DNA of 64,000 nt from Syntrophorhabdaceae bacterium (GCA_963666485.2 CAXXUO010000001.1:1088001-1152000); one strand, 5' to 3'. Positions 51,617 to 61,067 are shown, numbered from the stretch's first letter. Program-made: numbers and translations. The notes: generated by a model not told the origin, from the letters alone.

Positions 51617-52324
51617 ATGAGGCCAGTCTTCATCGAGGCGCGGGACCTGCCCGACGCGTGGTTCCAGTGCATCTACCGTATATTTGAGAATGAAGGGGTG
51701 CATGAATATGTCATCGACAGAGGCTCGTTCGAGGGCAACAAGCGCCGCGAGTTCGACCTCGCCATGGTCCACATAAAATACCCGGGGACCATACCGATCA
51801 TCCCCGATATCCCCGCTGAGCTCGGCGTTCCTGCCCCGACATCGATGGACTACGTCGAGGAATACCTCCAGTACCTCATGACGGACAAAAAAGCCCCGAA
51901 CGAACTGTACACGTACGGGGAGAGGCTCACGAACCCGAAGGTGATCATCGACGGCAGGGAATATGCCTGCGGGGTGAATCCCGTCGAAGAGGTCATCGAC
52001 ATTTACAGGAAGGGCAATTTCGGGACGAACCAGGCGATCATGGAGATCGGCATGCCCTCCGATATAACGATAGAAGACCCGCCATGCCTGAGGCTCATCG
52101 ACACGCGCGTGACCGACGGAAAGCTGCATTTCGTCCTGTATTTCCGGAGCTGGGACCTGTGGGCGGGCTTTCCTTCAAATCTCGCGGCGATCCAGCTCCT
52201 CAAGGAATACATGTGCCAGGAGATCGGCATAGAGGACGGAACGATCACCGCCGTGAGCAAAGGCCTCCATCTCTATGAATATACTTTCGGCTTTGCCCTG
52301 CAGCGGCTCCGCAGGGACGCCTGA
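51617..52324 (+). CDS. thyA: Thymidylate synthase (short, divergent ThyA)
   Basis: YTYGERL, DPPCL, FRSWD..GFPSNL, LHLY. Confidence 0.88.
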   Translation: MRPVFIEARDLPDAWFQCIYRIFENEGVHEYVIDRGSFEGNKRREFDLAMVHIKYPGTIPIIPDIPAELGVPAPTSMDYVEEYLQYLMTDKKAPNELYTYGERLTNPKVIIDGREYACGVNPVEEVIDIYRKGNFGTNQAIMEIGMPSDITIEDPPCLRLIDTRVTDGKLHFVLYFRSWDLWAGFPSNLAAIQLLKEYMCQEIGIEDGTITAVSKGLHLYEYTFGFALQRLRRDA

Positions 52325-52337
52325 CGATCACCGGCGG

Positions 52338-53225
52338 TCAGTTCCGGTCATGCATGGACAACACTGTGAAGCGGTCCTTGATCTTCTTCTGGATCTCGTC
52401 GACCCCTGAATCCTCCGTTATCTCGAGGGTGTCGTATCTTTCCGTCCGGGGATCGAGCATGGTCATGACGACCCCTCCCTCCTGCGAAGGTATCAATTCG
52501 AAAAACACCTTGTTCCGGTAAACGAAAACGATCCCGTAATGGCAGGGTGTTATGACCCCGTCCTTGCAGGAATACGCCGAAAAGCTCAAGAGGTCGTTCA
52601 ATATTCCCCATAATTTGGGGGAATTGAGCCCGTCCAGGTGTTTCCCGACCGTCGGGTGATGCAGGCACGGCGCAAGCGTCTGCTCGATCGAAGGGGCTTT
52701 ATCCCTTTTCGGGTCAAGAAGCCTCTCTTCGAGGTGATAGCTCAGGTCGACGATCTCCGGGTATGTGAAGGATTGCCGGGACCAGAGCCTGTCGAAGATG
52801 TCTCCGGCATCGGTCCACCCAAGGTTTCTTTCAAGGTCGATAAACAGGTTCTTCCTGAGCCTCATGTCGAAAAAGCTCTCTATGCCGAGGCGCTCCATCC
52901 TGCTGTCGACATAGAGGCTCCAGATCTGGTTATAGCGGTCCCTGATGGCAGGCTCTTTCTCCTCGTCGGGGGTGATGCCCGGATCATACAGGAATGCAGG
53001 GTCAAGGACATCGGCGATATAGAGAAAGATCCGGTAAATACGGCCGTAGAGGTGGGAATTGTCGGCCCAGAGAAACGTCTTTACATCGAGAGACCCTTTT
53101 TTACGCTTGATCAGGGCTTTTTCGAGCCAGGGCGAGTTCGTGTCCTCTATGACGACATTGTTGATGTTTTTCGATATTCCGAGATTGTCTATGACTAATT
53201 GTACAACGGCTTTCCGCGTTTGCAC
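52338..53225 (-). CDS. Hypothetical protein
   Basis: 295-aa ORF directly abutting the upstream gene; start uncertain. Confidence 0.7.
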   Translation of the reverse strand: MQTRKAVVQLVIDNLGISKNINNVVIEDTNSPWLEKALIKRKKGSLDVKTFLWADNSHLYGRIYRIFLYIADVLDPAFLYDPGITPDEEKEPAIRDRYNQIWSLYVDSRMERLGIESFFDMRLRKNLFIDLERNLGWTDAGDIFDRLWSRQSFTYPEIVDLSYHLEERLLDPKRDKAPSIEQTLAPCLHHPTVGKHLDGLNSPKLWGILNDLLSFSAYSCKDGVITPCHYGIVFVYRNKVFFELIPSQEGGVVMTMLDPRTERYDTLEITEDSGVDEIQKKIKDRFTVLSMHDRN

Positions 53226-53804
53226 TTAGAATTCGCCTTCAAGGCTGTACAGCCCGAGAAGGAAGGTCTTGGCTTTCATCCATTTTGAATTCTCGCTTGC
53301 CGAAAAGGGAACGGCCTGGAGGTATTCGCTCAAATACTTGCGCGCCCGCTCTGATTCATGGCGTTTGGCATAGATGTACCCGAGGTAGTAGAGGCTTGTC
53401 TCGTACGCCGCCGTATAGCGCGGGATGAGATCGGTCAGGCTCTTCAGCTTGAGGTACAGCTGCTCCTTGTCCTTGGTGGCGATGGAGGGATCGTTGACGG
53501 CCTTTTCATACTGGCCCTTGATAAATTTTACGGTCGTGAGGACCTCTTTCGTGTATTCGTGTATCTTGAGCTCTATCCTGAGCGATTCGTTCAGGTCGTT
53601 CTTCTTGAGGAGTTCATCCACCTTTTTCTGGCTTGCCTGCAGGTTGGCGTCGTTGATCACGCCCGACTCTTTTTGCGGAACGGGTTTCGGTTCCTTTTTG
53701 GGTGCGGCATGAGCCGAAAGGCCGAGAACGAGAGGTAAAACGATACCGACAACGAAAAACAGAAAGCATGATGTCCTGCCGAAGGTCCCTGCGACATATT
53801 TCAT
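53226..53804 (-). CDS. Exported helical protein with a TPR-like C-terminus
   Basis: Signal peptide; SLYYLGYIYAK..ARKYLSEYL. Confidence 0.75.
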   Translation of the reverse strand: MKYVAGTFGRTSCFLFFVVGIVLPLVLGLSAHAAPKKEPKPVPQKESGVINDANLQASQKKVDELLKKNDLNESLRIELKIHEYTKEVLTTVKFIKGQYEKAVNDPSIATKDKEQLYLKLKSLTDLIPRYTAAYETSLYYLGYIYAKRHESERARKYLSEYLQAVPFSASENSKWMKAKTFLLGLYSLEGEF

Positions 53805-53834
53805 ACGATATGTTCCCCCGATGTGAAAGAAAAA

Positions 53835-53908
53835 TGGCGGTGCAGAGATTTGAACTCCGGACACTGCGGATATGAGCCGCATGCTCTGACCACCTGAGCT
53901 ACACCGCC
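53835..53908 (-). tRNA. tRNA-Met(CAT), elongator-like, CCA not encoded
   Basis: GGCGGTG/CACCGCC acceptor, tgcgg-ctCATat-ccgca, AGTTCAAATCT. Confidence 0.93.
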
Positions 53909-53956
53909 TTGCCATTTGATATAAGCTATAAGGGCACGGAATGTCAATATTAAATA

Positions 53957-53997
53957 GGCTGACGGCGTACGGCTGACGGCTGACGGCTAAGGGTTGA
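53957..53997. repeat. Heptamer tandem repeat (GGCTGAC)n
   Basis: ggctgac ggcgtac ggctgac ggctgac ggctaag; same family as 10168. Confidence 0.85.
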
Positions 53998-54007
53998 TGG
54001 CATAATA

Positions 54008-54176
54008 AACTACCACCACCCCCCCGTCATTGAGATGGCAGGACCCGCGGTTCTGTTTTTCACATCCTGCAATGATCCGATTCTTCACCCTGCAACGATC
54101 TGATATTCGTCATCCTCAATTATATAATATTCGTCATCCCGGCTCAAGGCCGGGATGACGCGGTATGGTGGTCGTT
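54008..54176. repeat. REP-like composite element
   Basis: Perfect cgtcatcccggc-tcaag-gccgggatgacg palindrome (54132-54160), degenerate ~24-bp repeats, imperfect outer IR. Confidence 0.6.
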
Positions 54177-54192
54177 TTGCCGTTAGCCGGTC

Positions 54193-54801
54193 TTATTTTA
54201 TTCCGATCAATTTATGGAGTTGGACCCCGAGGCGCCAGCGGGGATGCGCGAGGCAATACGCAACGGCTCGCCGGAGATTTTCCAGCCCGTCTGCATCGTC
54301 AACAGGTTGGATGATGAAATGCGTAAAATCAAGAGATTCAAATGATGCGGGATCGATACCCCTCTGGGGATAGAGGAGCTTGAGTTCATGGCCGGCCGTG
54401 ACGACAAGGCTGCTTCCCGCTTTCGGGCTGACGGTTATCCAGTCGATGCCGGGAGGTATCGGGAGGGTCCCGTTGGTCTCGACCGCGATCTCCCAGCCGT
54501 CGCCGTGGAGTTCCCGGATGAGGGCGGCATCTAACTGGAGTGCCGGCTCGCCCCCGGTCAGGACGGCGAACCGGGGCCCGTCGCCGTGTTCAAATGAAGA
54601 AAGGCAGGCCCTCATGGCGGCGATGATATCGGAAGGCCGGTCGTATACACCCCCGCCCGGACCGTCGGTGCCCGAAAAATCCGTGTCGCAGAAGGGACAC
54701 GCGAGGTTGCACCCCGAGAATCGTACGAAAACGGCGGGCCGCCCGGTATGTATGCCTTCGCCCTGGAGTGAATAGAATATCTCTTTTACGCGGTATGGCA
54801 T
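54193..54801 (-). CDS. queE: 7-carboxy-7-deazaguanine synthase (radical SAM)
   Basis: EIFYSLQGEG, CNLACPFCDT, TGGEP, ETNG, VSPK, QLHK. Confidence 0.96.
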   Translation of the reverse strand: MPYRVKEIFYSLQGEGIHTGRPAVFVRFSGCNLACPFCDTDFSGTDGPGGGVYDRPSDIIAAMRACLSSFEHGDGPRFAVLTGGEPALQLDAALIRELHGDGWEIAVETNGTLPIPPGIDWITVSPKAGSSLVVTAGHELKLLYPQRGIDPASFESLDFTHFIIQPVDDADGLENLRRAVAYCLAHPRWRLGVQLHKLIGIK

Positions 54802-54814
54802 CTATGACATCTCG

Positions 54815-55507
54815 CTATGCATAGTCAACGGGATCTTTGAGTCCCGCCTCACGAAACCCCTCGAGGCGGAGGACGCAGGCCTCGCATGACCCGCACGCCT
54901 TTCCGTCTTCCGCGGGATCGTAGCACGTCGTTGTCAGGGAGTAATCGACCCCGAGCGAGATGCCTGTCCGGATGATCTGCGCCTTTGTCATGGCAATGAG
55001 CGGCGCATGGATGGTGAACGACCGTCCTTCGACGCCGGCTTTTGTGGCGAGGTTGGCCAGGCGCTCAAAAGCGGCTATAAATTCCGGCCTGCAGTCGGGA
55101 TAGCCGCTGTAGTCTACGGCATTGACGCCGATGAAAATGTCCCGGGCATCGACAGATTCGGCAAAGGCGAGGGCGAACGACAGGAATATCGTGTTCCTCG
55201 CGGGCACGTATGTGACGGGAATTTCGTTCGATATGTCGGATGCACTTTTTCCTTTGGGAACATCGATGTTGTCGGTGAGCGCAGAGTGGCCGAAGCCGGC
55301 GAGGTCAATGTCGAGGGTGACGTGCCTCGTGATGCCGATCGAACGGGCGATCTTTGCCGCTGCCTCGACCTCCCTCATATGCCTCTGGCCGTAGCGGAAG
55401 CTGAGCGTGTACAACCCGTACCCTTCGCTTCGCGCAATGGCCAGCGTTGTCGAGGAATCGAGGCCGCCGCTCAAAAGCACGACCGCCTTCTTCGGTGCTG
55501 TGTTCAT
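54815..55507 (-). CDS. queC: 7-cyano-7-deazaguanine synthase
   Basis: [31 protein letters not shown]. Confidence 0.97.
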   Translation of the reverse strand: MNTAPKKAVVLLSGGLDSSTTLAIARSEGYGLYTLSFRYGQRHMREVEAAAKIARSIGITRHVTLDIDLAGFGHSALTDNIDVPKGKSASDISNEIPVTYVPARNTIFLSFALAFAESVDARDIFIGVNAVDYSGYPDCRPEFIAAFERLANLATKAGVEGRSFTIHAPLIAMTKAQIIRTGISLGVDYSLTTTCYDPAEDGKACGSCEACVLRLEGFREAGLKDPVDYA

Positions 55508-55516
55508 GCAGGCCCC

Positions 55517-55729
55517 TTATTTCCTGAATATCGAAAAAAGGATCGATAACAGGATACTGATAATGATGCTCGTGGCGAGGGGAAAATAGAACGTGAAATT
55601 GTCCTTCTTTATCGAGATATCGCCGGGAAGCCGCCCAAGCCAGGGGATCCGGGGCCCGTAGAGGAAGACGAGCCCGAGGATAACGAGGACAAAGCCGGTC
55701 AGAATGAGCATTTTGCCGAAAGAGGGCAT
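55517..55729 (-). CDS. DUF2905-family small membrane protein
   Basis: LGRLPGDI..FYFPLATSIIIS. Confidence 0.88.
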   Translation of the reverse strand: MPSFGKMLILTGFVLVILGLVFLYGPRIPWLGRLPGDISIKKDNFTFYFPLATSIIISILLSILFSIFRK

Positions 55730-56274
55730 TATTTCCTTTCGTAGCGCTCTTTCTCGCTGAATATGCACCCGCAATACTGCTGGCGGTACATGTTGAGCTT
55801 TCTCGATCCCTCGATCCCTTCCTGCCACCCCTTCCTGAGATCACGGTAGACAAAGGCAGTGCCGTAGGCGCCTGCCAGTTCGTCGCCGATCGCCCGTATG
55901 TCGTCATGGCGCTGGTACTTGCTGTAAAGAAGGGTTGTCGAGACCCCGTCGAATTTTTCCCGGACGGCCTTCTGAAAGGTCTTTTCGAGGCGCAACCGGT
56001 AGCAGAAAAGGCACCGGTCCCTGCCGAGCGGAAGTACGCCGCGGCAGAAATCCTCGAGATCGTACGACGCATCCACACTAAGGGGAAGCATGACGACCTT
56101 TGCGTATTCGTTCAGCGTCTCGAGCCTTTTCGAAAATTCGGTGTACGGATGGATGTTGGGGTTATAAAAATACCCGGTGAGCTGGGCACCCTCGCCGCGA
56201 AATTCCCTGATAGTGTACACGCTGCACGGAGCGCAGCATATATGGAGCAAGACCCGCTTATCCCGAATGTCCAT
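55729..56274 (-). CDS. queH: Epoxyqueuosine reductase QueH
   Basis: LLHICCAPCS, YNPNIHP, RCLFCY, YRQQYCGC. Confidence 0.94.
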   Translation of the reverse strand: MDIRDKRVLLHICCAPCSVYTIREFRGEGAQLTGYFYNPNIHPYTEFSKRLETLNEYAKVVMLPLSVDASYDLEDFCRGVLPLGRDRCLFCYRLRLEKTFQKAVREKFDGVSTTLLYSKYQRHDDIRAIGDELAGAYGTAFVYRDLRKGWQEGIEGSRKLNMYRQQYCGCIFSEKERYERK

Positions 56275-56445
56275 AGTTTTACCCCGCCTGCCCGTATTTA
56301 CTCATACATTAACACCTTTGGCCCTTATTTTCCAAGCCTTTGGTCGTGTGCGCGGGGCCTTTAAGGGTATTGCAGTCGTTCCCGGATATCTGATATCGTC
56401 AGAGAAGCCTGTTAATGCATTATAATGAGTCAGGAGGCAGCAAAG

Positions 56446-56793
56446 ATGATCAAATATATCCTTTATATACTGCGCTGGACCGTGCTGGCGATACCGGGCG
56501 CGCTCTTTTTCAACAAGGTCAAGGAGATATTCGGGATCGAGAACGTCTACCTTGCCATGATCATCAGCCAGGCCATGATGGGCGCGATGGTCTATTTCGT
56601 GGACAAGCTCATTTTCACATCAGGGGCCGTGCCGATCCCCTGGGAGATAAAACCACGCGGGACATGCGCCGACTGCGGACATGTGGGGAAATGCTACCGT
56701 ATGCCGGGCGAAAAATGCTGCGAATTGAAAGACAACGGCGAGAATTCATTTCGGTGCGAGAAGTGCGCGCTCAAAAAGCTCAAGTCCGCTTGA
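56446..56793 (+). CDS. Small membrane protein with a C-terminal CxxC..CxxC Zn-ribbon-like tail
   Basis: GGAGG RBS; two hydrophobic segments; CADCG...FRCEKC. Confidence 0.75.
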   Translation: MIKYILYILRWTVLAIPGALFFNKVKEIFGIENVYLAMIISQAMMGAMVYFVDKLIFTSGAVPIPWEIKPRGTCADCGHVGKCYRMPGEKCCELKDNGENSFRCEKCALKKLKSA

Positions 56794-56860
56794 GCCGGTC
56801 AACATGCTATAGAGTCTTATCCTTATTTGATATATAATGAGCCCCGGAGCCATGTGAATC

Positions 56861-57649
56861 TTGGAAGAAACTAATTCCCCTAAAACTACAACGCTGGCAG
56901 GTTACACAGACGTCTTCCTGGTCTTCCTGGGCCAGGCGCTCATCGTTTTTGTTATCTCCGCCGAGAACGCCCCTGCGTTCCTGATAGCTCCCGCACTGGT
57001 CCTCAATGCGGTCGGTCTCGGGATGCGGGCAAAAAAGTGTGGGCTCGGCGTGATCCTCTGGGGATTGATCGGGTGTTTGTTCCCTGTTATCGTGCCTGTT
57101 GTCGCGATCCTTTTCATGGTTTTCCGGCACAGGAAGGGCCCCCGGGAGAAAAGGCCCCTCCCTCTGTGGGGACACATCATTATTGGAGCTGTCCTGTTCC
57201 TGGCCGGCGCCATACTGATGGACTCGTTCAGTTTTGCCTTTTTTTCCACGACCGCAGCGATCATCTGGGCGCTGACAGGAAGGCGCGGCCTGTATACGAA
57301 GAAACAACGGTTATTCCACGTGATGATCTACCTCGCGGCGTTTGCGATGGTCCTCGGGGCGAAGACCGCAAATAACCGTATGTCGGAAAGAAATGCGAGT
57401 ATCATAATCACCGCGTGCGACGAGTATTTTAAGAAGAACGGGACATATCCGGAGACCTTGAAAGACCTTGTCCCCGCATACCTGCCGAAGGTCCCGGCCG
57501 CGCGTTACACGTGGATATCCCCGGAATTCCGCTATCGGACGTTACGCATGGAGTCGGGAAAGAGCTATACTCTCACGTATGTCGTTGAAGCGCCGTTTGC
57601 CAGGCGGTCCTACAATTCGGAACAAAAGACATGGCGCAGCATTGACTGA
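56861..57649 (+). CDS. Multi-pass membrane hypothetical protein with a pseudopilin-like C-terminus
   Basis: About 6 TM segments; YFKKNGTYPETLKDLVPAYL. Confidence 0.7.
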   Translation: MEETNSPKTTTLAGYTDVFLVFLGQALIVFVISAENAPAFLIAPALVLNAVGLGMRAKKCGLGVILWGLIGCLFPVIVPVVAILFMVFRHRKGPREKRPLPLWGHIIIGAVLFLAGAILMDSFSFAFFSTTAAIIWALTGRRGLYTKKQRLFHVMIYLAAFAMVLGAKTANNRMSERNASIIITACDEYFKKNGTYPETLKDLVPAYLPKVPAARYTWISPEFRYRTLRMESGKSYTLTYVVEAPFARRSYNSEQKTWRSID

Positions 57650-57841
57650 TAACAGGTCCGGTCACGTCGCGCCGGCCATCTTCGGGTCCTTGGATTGCCT
57701 GAATTACTTCGAGAGTTTCTTCCCGTACCATAATGATATAATTCTTTTCATGGGTCACAAAAACCAGTGAGCGGGAACTTTTCCGGTCCCTGTTTGTCAA
57801 AGACAGAGGGCCTGCGGAATAAAAGTGAAAGGAGATAAAAG

Positions 57842-59047
57842 ATGAACCGGCTGCATGTTGTATGTGCTGTAGTGATCATGACCTGTTTCATGGGTTTTTC
57901 TTGCCTGTCAGAAGCGGGTGTCACCGCGGCATCTCATAAGAGCGTCGCGCAGGGGAATACCGAACTCGCCGTTGATCTTTACCGGGAGCTCGGGCAAAGG
58001 CAGCAGGGGAACCTCTTCTTCTCGCCGTTCTCCATCTCCTCCGCGCTTGCAATGACATATGCCGGCGCCCGTGGGGAGACAGCGGCGCAAATGAAAGGGA
58101 CCCTTCATTTTGAACTCGAGCAGTCGGGGCTCAACTCCTCTTTCAGGGGCCTAACCCTGAAGCTTGGCGAGTCTGTCAAAATGTCGGACCAGAAGCTCAC
58201 TATCGCGAACGCGCTTGTCTTCACGGGAGGCAAGGTGAGCGATACCTACCTGAAGACCCTGAGGACGTATTACAACGCCGAGATCTTCGGGGGCGATCTC
58301 AGTGCGATCAATGCGTGGGTGAAGCGCAAGACCGAGGGCAAGATCCCGTCCATCCTCGACCAGCTTTCCCCCAACTCCATCTGCGTTATCCTGAACGCGA
58401 TATATTTCAAAGGTACGTGGGACGTGCAGTTCGACAAGGCCGGCACCCGGGACGATGTCTTTACCACGGCGGCAGGCCGGCAGGTGAAGGCCCCTCTTAT
58501 GCATCGCAAAGACAATTACAAGCTTCTCGATGAAGGGGGATTGCAGGTCATTTCATTACCCTATAAAGGAAAATCCCTTTCAATGGTCGTGGTCCTTCCG
58601 AAAGAGGCCCAGGGCCTCGCCGGTTTCGAGGACGCATTGAAAGCGGCCGACCTCAAGCAACTGCTCGCGAAGCTGGACAAGATCCCGGAACGCAAGGTAT
58701 CCGTCTATTTTCCGCGCTTCAAGATGGAATCGAAGTACGATCTGGGCGGACCGCTTCAGAAGATGGGGATGACGGACGCCTTTACGCCGCGTGCCGATTT
58801 CACGGGCATGGGTTGGCACCGGGGCGAACTCTTCATCGGTCAGGTAAAACACAGGGCATTTGTCGAGGTCAATGAGGAAGGAACGGAAGCCGCCGCCGCG
58901 ACGGCCGTTGAAATGGTGACAAAGTCGATGCCTCCCCGCGAGGAGGTATTTCGCGCCGACCATCCTTTCTTCTTTATGATCCGCGACAATGAAACGGGCA
59001 CCGTTCTTTTCATGGGAAAGCTCGCGGACCCGACATCGGAGAACTAA
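57842..59047 (+). CDS. Secreted serpin
   Basis: NLFFSPFSIS, NAIYFKGTW, EEGTEAAAAT hinge, FRADHPFFFMI. Confidence 0.97.
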   Translation: MNRLHVVCAVVIMTCFMGFSCLSEAGVTAASHKSVAQGNTELAVDLYRELGQRQQGNLFFSPFSISSALAMTYAGARGETAAQMKGTLHFELEQSGLNSSFRGLTLKLGESVKMSDQKLTIANALVFTGGKVSDTYLKTLRTYYNAEIFGGDLSAINAWVKRKTEGKIPSILDQLSPNSICVILNAIYFKGTWDVQFDKAGTRDDVFTTAAGRQVKAPLMHRKDNYKLLDEGGLQVISLPYKGKSLSMVVVLPKEAQGLAGFEDALKAADLKQLLAKLDKIPERKVSVYFPRFKMESKYDLGGPLQKMGMTDAFTPRADFTGMGWHRGELFIGQVKHRAFVEVNEEGTEAAAATAVEMVTKSMPPREEVFRADHPFFFMIRDNETGTVLFMGKLADPTSEN

Positions 59048-59074
59048 AGGTTACGGTTCACGTTTAAGTTTCAA

Positions 59075-59133
59075 GCAAAAACGACTGCCCGGGATCAATG
59101 TTTTCAGGCCTTACCCCGGGCAGTCGTTTTTGC
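59075..59133 (+). terminator. 19-bp perfect inverted repeat after the serpin (terminator-like)
   Basis: gcaaaaacgactgcccggg ... cccgggcagtcgtttttgc. Confidence 0.75.
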
Positions 59134-59226
59134 AACAGGGCCGGGATAATGTTGTTTACGCGAAGCCGGCCCGGTGTTATAAATAGAATTTGAATGTTTT
59201 ACATAATCAATGCATAGGAGGTTCTT

Positions 59227-59757
59227 ATGGTGGCTCGTAAACGCGTTTTCTTCCTGGTGCTCACAATGGTTTTTGGATTCGCACTCTTCGCAGGCTTTAC
59301 AATTCCTGCAGATGCCGGCACCAGGGCGAAGCAGGATCCGGTCGATCAGTACAAGGAAATGGCAAAGATCATGACACACAGTTTTGCGGTGGGGTTGGGG
59401 AGTGCCCTTGCGAATGTAAAGAATGAGCAGGACCGCATCAACCTTGTCCGGTCATTCATAGATCCTGTACGGTTTTTTCCGGATAATTCCGGCTATTTTT
59501 ACGTGTATGACATGAAATGCGTCAATATTGCCCATGCAATGCAGAAAGATCTGCAGGGCAAGAACCTGTTCGATTATAAGGATGCCAAAGGCAAACTGGT
59601 CATTCAGGCCCTCGCGGACGCAGCCAAAAAAGGCGGCGGGCTTGTCGATTTTTACTGGGTAAAACCCGGGACAAAGGAACAGATGCCGAAACTGGGATAC
59701 GTCGAACCGATCCCGGGGACGGATTATTTTATAGGTACCGGCGTGTACCTTCCATAA
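59227..59757 (+). CDS. Stand-alone exported single Cache domain protein
   Basis: GYFYVYD..AH..LQGKNL..KDAKGK..GGGLVDFYWVKPG..PKLGYV..IGTGVY. Confidence 0.9.
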   Translation: MVARKRVFFLVLTMVFGFALFAGFTIPADAGTRAKQDPVDQYKEMAKIMTHSFAVGLGSALANVKNEQDRINLVRSFIDPVRFFPDNSGYFYVYDMKCVNIAHAMQKDLQGKNLFDYKDAKGKLVIQALADAAKKGGGLVDFYWVKPGTKEQMPKLGYVEPIPGTDYFIGTGVYLP

Positions 59758-59902
59758 ATTACGAATAATTTCGCCGGCTGGTCGCCTTAACCCGCGACGA
59801 TCAGCCGGCACTTTCGGTCCGCCTCGCCCCCGCTTCCCCTTGTCTATTTGGAACTCACTGCTAAGATTACTATAGAGAATAACGTTTTCAGGGGAGGGGA
59901 CC

Positions 59903-60382
59903 ATGGACAACAGGAACGTACTCGTTGCATTTGACGGTTCAGAGAGCGCTTTTAAAGCGGTTGATTATGTCGGGGCCCAGTTTGAGGGGATTACCGATAT
60001 GACGATCACCCTGTTTTATGTCGTGCCCAGCGTTCCACCTCAATTCTGGGATGACGGACACATATTGTCGCCGCAGGAAAGGCAGGAGAGGCAGGGTGTC
60101 ATCGATAAGTGGTTCGAAAACCAGAAGAAGGTCATGGAGCCGCACTTCGAAAAAGCCGGCAAGGTGCTGATAGATACGTATCTTTTTGGCGCGAAGCAGG
60201 TTGAAGGGAAAATGCGCAGCGACGTCACGAGTGTGGCCGATGCGGTGGTCGAGGAGGCGAAGTCAGGTAAATACCGCACGCTTGTACTGGGGCGCCGCGG
60301 GGGGGTCCCGACAGTCGCCGGGAGCCTTACGGCGGCCATCCTCCACAAGGGTGCCGGACTCGCCGTGTGCGTCGTGGAGTAA
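59903..60382 (+). CDS. Universal stress protein
   Basis: VLVAFDGSESA, LVLGRRG..GS. Confidence 0.92.
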   Translation: MDNRNVLVAFDGSESAFKAVDYVGAQFEGITDMTITLFYVVPSVPPQFWDDGHILSPQERQERQGVIDKWFENQKKVMEPHFEKAGKVLIDTYLFGAKQVEGKMRSDVTSVADAVVEEAKSGKYRTLVLGRRGGVPTVAGSLTAAILHKGAGLAVCVVE

Positions 60383-60440
60383 GGCGCCCTGTTTGCCGTT
60401 GACTTTCCTGCTCTCAACGATGAAGAATATGTTGAGCACT

Positions 60441-61067
60441 ATGGACGGCGCGGACGTACATGCACAAGTACCGCTTGATCATATTCCCCGGGGCCGCAGG
60501 ATAACCGGGACATTCGGGTTTCAGTGGGGCATATGGGGAATTTTCCTCATCATGGTCCTCATCCTGATGCTTGCCGGGTCGGGCAAGCGCCCGGCCCTTT
60601 TCGAGATAGAGATATATGTATCGTTGTTCGTTGCGGGCGGGGTATCGATCGCATGGGAAACGATGCGGCGCCGGCATCCGACGGTCCTTGTGCGGCAGGA
60701 TGGCATGATCGCGGTCTACCGGAAGCGTTACGGGGATGCTGTGGTCTCCCGGGACCGCGTGCGCTGTGAAAGGATCGATCTCATTATCATTGTGAAGGTC
60801 GGGGTGCCTCTTCTCATGTGCACTATCCTGTTTACGGCCATTGCCGTTGCGATCATGGGGGACGAAAAAAGGATAACCGCGGAAACGCTGATCCTGCTGT
60901 CGTTCGGTCTTGCCCTCGGCGCATCTCTCGTTTCCGCCGCGTGGACGACATTCTTCAGGAAACACCTGCGCGTGCCTGTGGAAGGTTCCCGGTGGATCGC
61001 CGAGCAGACGGTCCTTGTGACCCGGGAACAATGCAAGAGATTGTTCGCCGGGTCCGGGGAGGGTTGA
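60441..61067 (+). CDS. Membrane hypothetical protein (start uncertain)
   Basis: About 4 TM segments in the 60186-61067 frame. Confidence 0.6.
   Translation: MDGADVHAQVPLDHIPRGRRITGTFGFQWGIWGIFLIMVLILMLAGSGKRPALFEIEIYVSLFVAGGVSIAWETMRRRHPTVLVRQDGMIAVYRKRYGDAVVSRDRVRCERIDLIIIVKVGVPLLMCTILFTAIAVAIMGDEKRITAETLILLSFGLALGASLVSAAWTTFFRKHLRVPVEGSRWIAEQTVLVTREQCKRLFAGSGEG

Noticed and set aside
53805..53915. N-terminal extension of the 53226 ORF
   Set aside because: Runs through tRNA-Met
54060..54160. Mini CRISPR array
   Set aside because: Units are contiguous and degenerate with no unique spacers
54193..56274. que genes as a 7-deazaguanine DNA-modification (dpd) system
   Set aside because: No dpdA/tgt-like or restriction genes; queH points to ordinary tRNA queuosine synthesis
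56275..56445. preQ1 riboswitch upstream of the que genes
   Set aside because: No recognisable preQ1 stem-loop plus A-rich tail on either strand
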